The notes below the pieces were generated by a model that made no database searches, was not told where the DNA came from, and saw nothing but the letters and a program-made list of their open reading frames with translations. A DNA stretch of 64,000 bases from Spizellomyces punctatus DAOM BR117 (Eukaryota), in the NCBI GenBank assembly GCA_000182565.2, contig KQ257453.1. The stretch is one strand, 5' to 3'. A program made the position numbers and the translations under genes. This document shows positions 59,063 to 64,000 of the stretch, piece after piece (position 1 is the first letter of the stretch; every line of letters begins with the position of its first letter).

Positions 59063-59902
59063 TCATGTAGACATATTATGATTGGGAAGGATTCAAGGTG
59101 GTGACCGGCAAGGAAAGGTATCCAAGAAAGACAAATAGATATAGACAAATGGACACAATAGACTATTCTACTTCACGTTAGGGTAGCTCTCATGGTGCTT
59201 TTCAGAATATGAGATGGAATAACTTCCACAAGTGTAACTAATACGAGGCTATAGGGGAACGGGTGAAGTAAAGTAAAACCTGCGAACTGACTCTTTTGGA
59301 AAGGGCTTTTATGTCTAGCTACGGCCGTTGCGCACAAATCCCTTTTGGATGGATCATATCTTACCCAGGCAAGACGTTTAGAAGTGAAGGCGGGTTCGGA
59401 ATATTGTCCTTTGATAAATAAACTGCCAGAACCCTTGTGTTCTCTCTACCTATGGAAAAGATTTTTGGATACTGACTCAACTGCTACACTAAGCTTGCGA
59501 ACGAGAACTGCTAAGAAGGGACTACCGAAATCTGGGTCTTTGGGGTTAGAGTGCTCCCGAGAATGTCCAAGAGAGATGAGGTACTCACGAGACAGCCGCC
59601 AGGTTAAAGCTGTCCACACTGCTTTCACGTGCAGTTGCGCAATCGGATGCAGCAAACTTGATCAAGAGGACTTCGTGTGCATGCAGGCGTTCTGAGACCC
59701 GCCAGAAGTCGTCAGTCGTAGATCAGTTTTCAGAGGACCTGTTGCAGATGGTTCATCAATCCGAGACCTGAACTACCCGCTAGGTAAAGCGTGCCAGTCA
59801 TGTTATTTAAGTGGAGCGGAGGTTATGGTATAGCGTACTTCCCACCAGTGTCCATCTACAAGTACCCTCGACATTTGTCGCCTTTTTAACTCATTTGCGG
59901 CC

Positions 59903-62601
59903 TCACAGTTTGTGCACACTGCAATATTTGCGGCCGGAGTATGTGCGTGTCGGACAAGGCTGGTCTGTACGAGGGCCACTGACAAATACATGATGGCACT
60001 GCATGCACGACTTTCTGCCAGGCTTTGCCTCTCGGCTACAAGGTTGTCGGTCACCTGTTCGATTAATGGAGTAAGAAGTGAATCTCAAAAGGGAAAACTG
60101 AACTAAGAATTGCTATGCACTGACCGCACACTTTGTTACACAGTAGCTGTTGCGTTGCCAATGTTGCTGGAGCACGATGTGAAGCAACCTTCTGTTTCTT
60201 CTTGATCTTCTTATCTGACTCGCGTGCTGCGCACACGCGTTTCTTGGAGTCCGTATCCTTTCCATCGTCCTCTCCATCATCTGCTTCATTGAAGCTATAC
60301 TCCTCCGGCACATACTTGTCGTCTGCCGTCATATTCGCCAAATCATTTGGCAGAGTGCGATTCAATCGTTCCTCGTCTTCTTCATCTTCCTCATCTTCAT
60401 CTTCCTCAATCTCCTCAGAGTTGCTGGCACCAGCGTTTCTCGGACGTCTTCCAATGGTTGCTGGAGGGTTTACCTTGTAGATTTCGGCTATGTACTTCAA
60501 CAGCTTCGCATGGCGTTTCTCGAATTCCAAACAAGTCCACTGTTGATCGGCTTTCACAAGTGTCATGGTAGTGAGCGCGAAGGGGACCATCTCCCCTTTC
60601 CGATTTTCAGTATAGATATCCTTCTTAGTCGCCCATGGGGCGTTCGAGCACTGAATGTTCGTAGAAGCGGGAAGCAAGCATAGGTTGCCGAGACGATTTG
60701 TATTCCCTTGAAAGTCGATTTTGTCCCACGCACGTCCGGGGTTTTGAGGATAGATGTGTTCGATCTGAACCTTCTCCCAATCATATGCCACTTTAGTGGA
60801 AGACATCTCCGCATTAATTCGACGAAGTATATATTGTGTAGCGAAGATGCCTGCTCCGCCATATAGATTGCCATTAATGCGCGTAAGGAAAACTTTAATT
60901 TCTTGAGGCCTAGGTTCGAGCGCCGTACAGACCATCTCATCACTACGAGCGGTCGCTATGTCCTGAGGAACATTGAATATTAAACAAAAGAAACTAGTGA
61001 CTGACTTATATTACCATTACCTTCAGAATGTCATAAAATCGGATGATCAGTTTTTCCTTTAGTGAATCCACTCCTTTGCGGGGTTGCTTGTAGCCCACAA
61101 ACAGGACTGCTATCAGTTTCTCTAGTCTATTCCAAAACTCCTCCTGTTGGAGAAGCTTAATATTGAACTTTCCGGCCGCCAAGGCTACAGTAAGCCACGT
61201 GCGCCAAAGCAAGCCAATATCGAAAGTCGTTTTGAGATGAATGCGCGACTTATTTTCTCGAACCTGGGCCCAATCCAAGGCAGTACGACTAGGTTCCATG
61301 ATGGAACGCCATAAGACTGAGTGCGTCTTGATCTTGTCGATCAGGATTCCGGGGGTCAATGTATCGAACATGTAACGGTGATAAGGTGAATTTGTGTTCC
61401 CTAATGAGGCAGAGAAACTTAACAGAAAGCTCGACTTCTGTGCAGTACCAGCCATTTCGATGCGGTATAGATGGTCAAGAAGTTCGCTGAAATTCTGCAA
61501 ACTAAGAGTTATAACTATGCCGCCCCTCTGCTTCAGGTAAAAAGTGCACATACTGCTGTATTGCCAAGTTGTTTCTCGGCTTTAACCCACTGCCCAACTT
61601 TCAATTCATATCCATCTCCGACAGAAGCCTTTAGCTTTCCAAAGGTGACGGCTTTGAGATAATCCACTGGCGTTAAAGGTACACCGGGCACGTTTAAAGA
61701 AGTGAAAATGCGGTATGCTGAGTCCACGTCATGAGTATAAATAACGAGAAAGCGACACCGCTTATAAAAATAGTGTGCTAGTTTCTCCCTGATGGCGATG
61801 TGGCCTGTTCAGCAACCGTCCAATGCTGCTGATGCTTCAGCACTAACCTGCTTTCCCGTTCCATGTTCTCTAGAATGCCCGCCAACTCGCGCACGTTTTC
61901 GCTGAGTAACTCGACAACAGGACGAGCATCTCGATCCGGAACAGCGAGTTCATAATCTTTGTCTAAGTGCTCCTCTAAGTCTGCCGGGTCAAGGAAATGG
62001 TCGCAGAAAGCTTGGTGATACGGCGCAGCAAGATTTAACCGATACGTGAAGTAATCTTTCGGAACCGCACTCTTTATCCATTTGGTATAAACTTGCTTCT
62101 GGTTCGGTGGTGCGAAATGCCGGAAGACGGAAAGGAGCAATATCATAGTAGTTAGGCGTTGTTGACCATCCACTATATCAAGTACTCGTTTGCTGTTCTG
62201 CTGAGGAGCCAACACAATTGTACCGAGAGGATGATATGGCGCACGTTCTTTGCATGCATCGTGCACATCGCTAAGAAGCCGTGTTACCATCTGTGGAGTC
62301 CAACAGTATCGTCTTTGGTAAATCGGTACTGAAAGGATAATCTGCTGATGTTTTGTTGTTTCACCGAAAATGCCTTTCAAGCGCTTTTCGGTGAACAACT
62401 TATCATTGTCCTCACCAAAGAGTTGCGCGAGTGTACAATCTCGTACGTCTCTTATCGCGGTTTGATGCTTTTAGGTATATAATATGAGTTAATTGCCCTG
62501 GGAAGTCCAGCAAAGGAAAAACCATTTACCTGCTGGGCTCCGGCCATATTTCCTTGACCCTGATTTTGGCGACGAGGATGATGTCCATTTGCTGTCCCCA
62601 T
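59903..62601 (-). CDS. GmrSD-like protein (DUF262 + DUF1524 HNH nuclease) with acidic/basic linker and C-terminal WRC-like zinc fingers; 6 exons, ~796 aa
   Basis: Exons 62601-62530, 62467-61848, 61788-61554, 61494-61021, 60962-60125 and 60054-59903 join in frame via GT-AG introns; DUF262 motifs VPIYQRRYCW, IVDGQQRLTT, AYRIFTSLNVPGVPLTPVDYLKA; DUF1524 motifs IEHIYPQ and NRLGNLCLLPASTNIQCSNAPWATKK. Confidence 0.9.
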
Positions 62602-62886
62602 CTCATCGGAAAATAGTTGGCCACTCCATTCCCTTACGTAATGACTGGATACTATATCAAAAGCTCGCACATCTGACACAATCCTGGATGCAGATGTGCC
62701 CTCACCACAGGAGAGTTTACCTTAGGGCAAGCTGTCCAATTTCGGTGTTTTGCAGCCAAAACCATGCATCCTGAGCCAGAATCGTGATTAAACTAGATTT
62801 TGACACAATAGAGGCACTCAGTTTGAACATAGCCCTAGATACAAGACCACCTTTCAATGCCAGAAAGCCCCAAGTTGTCATATGCA

Positions 62887-63329
62887 CTAATTTCCGATTG
62901 CTCTCGAAATATCAGCAACTACATCAGAGGGATCCTTGCCTTCCTCCACCTCCAAAACCAGCTTCCCATACGGCCCACTGGCGTTCAACATGATCTGGAT
63001 GGTGCGCGCTGGGTCATTGGTGTAGATGAAATCTGGCTTTGTCCTCCAATGATAAAACGTTCCTTTTTTCAAATATGCATAGAATGATGGTGTTAACTTC
63101 AGAGGCCGCTACCTGAACAAAATGCCTACCAACCTGCTATAAGACCGTGAGGTATAACAACCCCATACCTGGTGGTATACCAAGGCACGGAGACATTAGC
63201 ATCTACCCTAACAGAGTCGATCTCCGAGAGCGGAACGGTGAGATCAGTAAAACGCCCACACAAGAATTTCTGCAGCATCGTAAGGGACACCGTCAGATGA
63301 GAATCAACAAGGGTGATTGCTACGGGCAT
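62887..63329 (-). CDS. Small bacterial-type hypothetical protein (PH-like fold), 123 aa, 2 exons (63329-63134, 63062-62887)
   Basis: Spliced product ...LTVSLTMLQKFLCGRFTDLTVPLSEIDSVRVD...RYGVVIPHGLIAGTFYHWRTKPDFIY...YGKLVLEVEEGKDPSDVVADISRAI resembles a bacterial small-protein pattern (L.vPL..I.sV...R..G..lP..i..Gtf...Y..lvv.v.dP..v...I); recognised from memory. Confidence 0.65.
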
Positions 63330-63363
63330 CGTGCAATATTGTAGGGCACTTGTTCATGACGGC

Positions 63364-63381
63364 GTCCTTTTATAAAAGGAC
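63364..63381. promoter_or_regulatory. Perfect 18-bp palindrome GTCCTTTTATAAAAGGAC containing a TATA box on both strands
   Basis: Self-complementary by direct reading; starts ~35 nt upstream of ATG 63329 on the minus strand. Confidence 0.6.
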
Positions 63382-64000
63382 CAATTCCTTGAGCCCTTGT
63401 GTGACTGATCCACATATACCACTCGACCACACAATGACTTTACAGATTGACATATTCTTGGGAATTGAAATACGCATCAATTGAAAAATGCGTGAAGTCA
63501 GTGGTGGGCCTCAGTAATTACTGCCCAAATTCGCACTTTGCTGTTCGCTATGAATAATGGTCTTCCTACGTTCGCCGTGTCTTCCATTGCACATAAGTGG
63601 CTCATTACCAGTTCGTGGTTGCCACGGTTCAACTGCGGGTGCCGGGGAGCCACGCCTCACTTGGCTCGCTCTGGCGGTATGGGAATTGCATTGCTTCCAA
63701 GTGAACAGTGATTGAGCACTTCCCATGAGGCTTCTTCTACGCCCAACTAAACTGTGTTGATTAGGTGAAGACCAATTCGGCTAGTGGCACAGTCATGTTG
63801 TCTTTGGCCCAGTCATGGCACATTTAAGGTTTTAAACTTTAAAAGTGGTATGCCAACCCCGATTTGCGACCGCTGGTGCCAGACGGCTAGAGGCCTTCAT
63901 TGCTGCACATCCACAAAGCCGACGAACCAACGAACAAGCACCTGCACACAGCATGTGCATATAATAAAAGTAGAGGAGTCACTGCGCTGACGTGTAGTGA

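Noticed and set aside
59903-63329. Bacterial contamination or misassembly as the source of the GmrSD-like and PH-like genes
   Set aside because: Both genes are split by in-phase spliceosomal GT-AG introns of the same size class as neighbouring host genes

Overview
Intron-rich eukaryotic DNA with short (mostly ~55-80 nt) GT-AG introns and compact intergenic spaces. It most likely comes from an early-diverging zoosporic fungus (chytrid-like; inferred from gene style and a class C GPCR). Positions 1-34.6 kb are mostly housekeeping genes: RINT1/TIP20, the complex I 75 kDa subunit, a DysF peroxin, a membrane-anchored M24B peptidase, HYPK, GCN2, a ZNF830-like gene, an APC permease, RPA1, U2A', DUF1769 and a REC8-like kleisin. 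This part also holds a small secreted Cys-rich peptide gene. From ~34.7 to 47.6 kb lies a gene-free, AT-richer island of stop-riddled coding remnants, including an intronless bacterial/giant-virus-type papain (C1A) pseudogene and a ~190 bp inverted-repeat element. CDC20, a class C GPCR with a C-terminal PH domain and an orphan multipass membrane gene follow. The standout is at the right end: an intact, five-intron gene for a GmrSD-like (DUF262 + DUF1524 HNH) type IV restriction-type nuclease. It carries an added basic NLS-like patch and WRC-like zinc fingers, and sits directly downstream of a second intron-containing gene of bacterial type (PH-like fold). Exon boundaries were derived by hand; family assignments are from motif recognition, not database searches.
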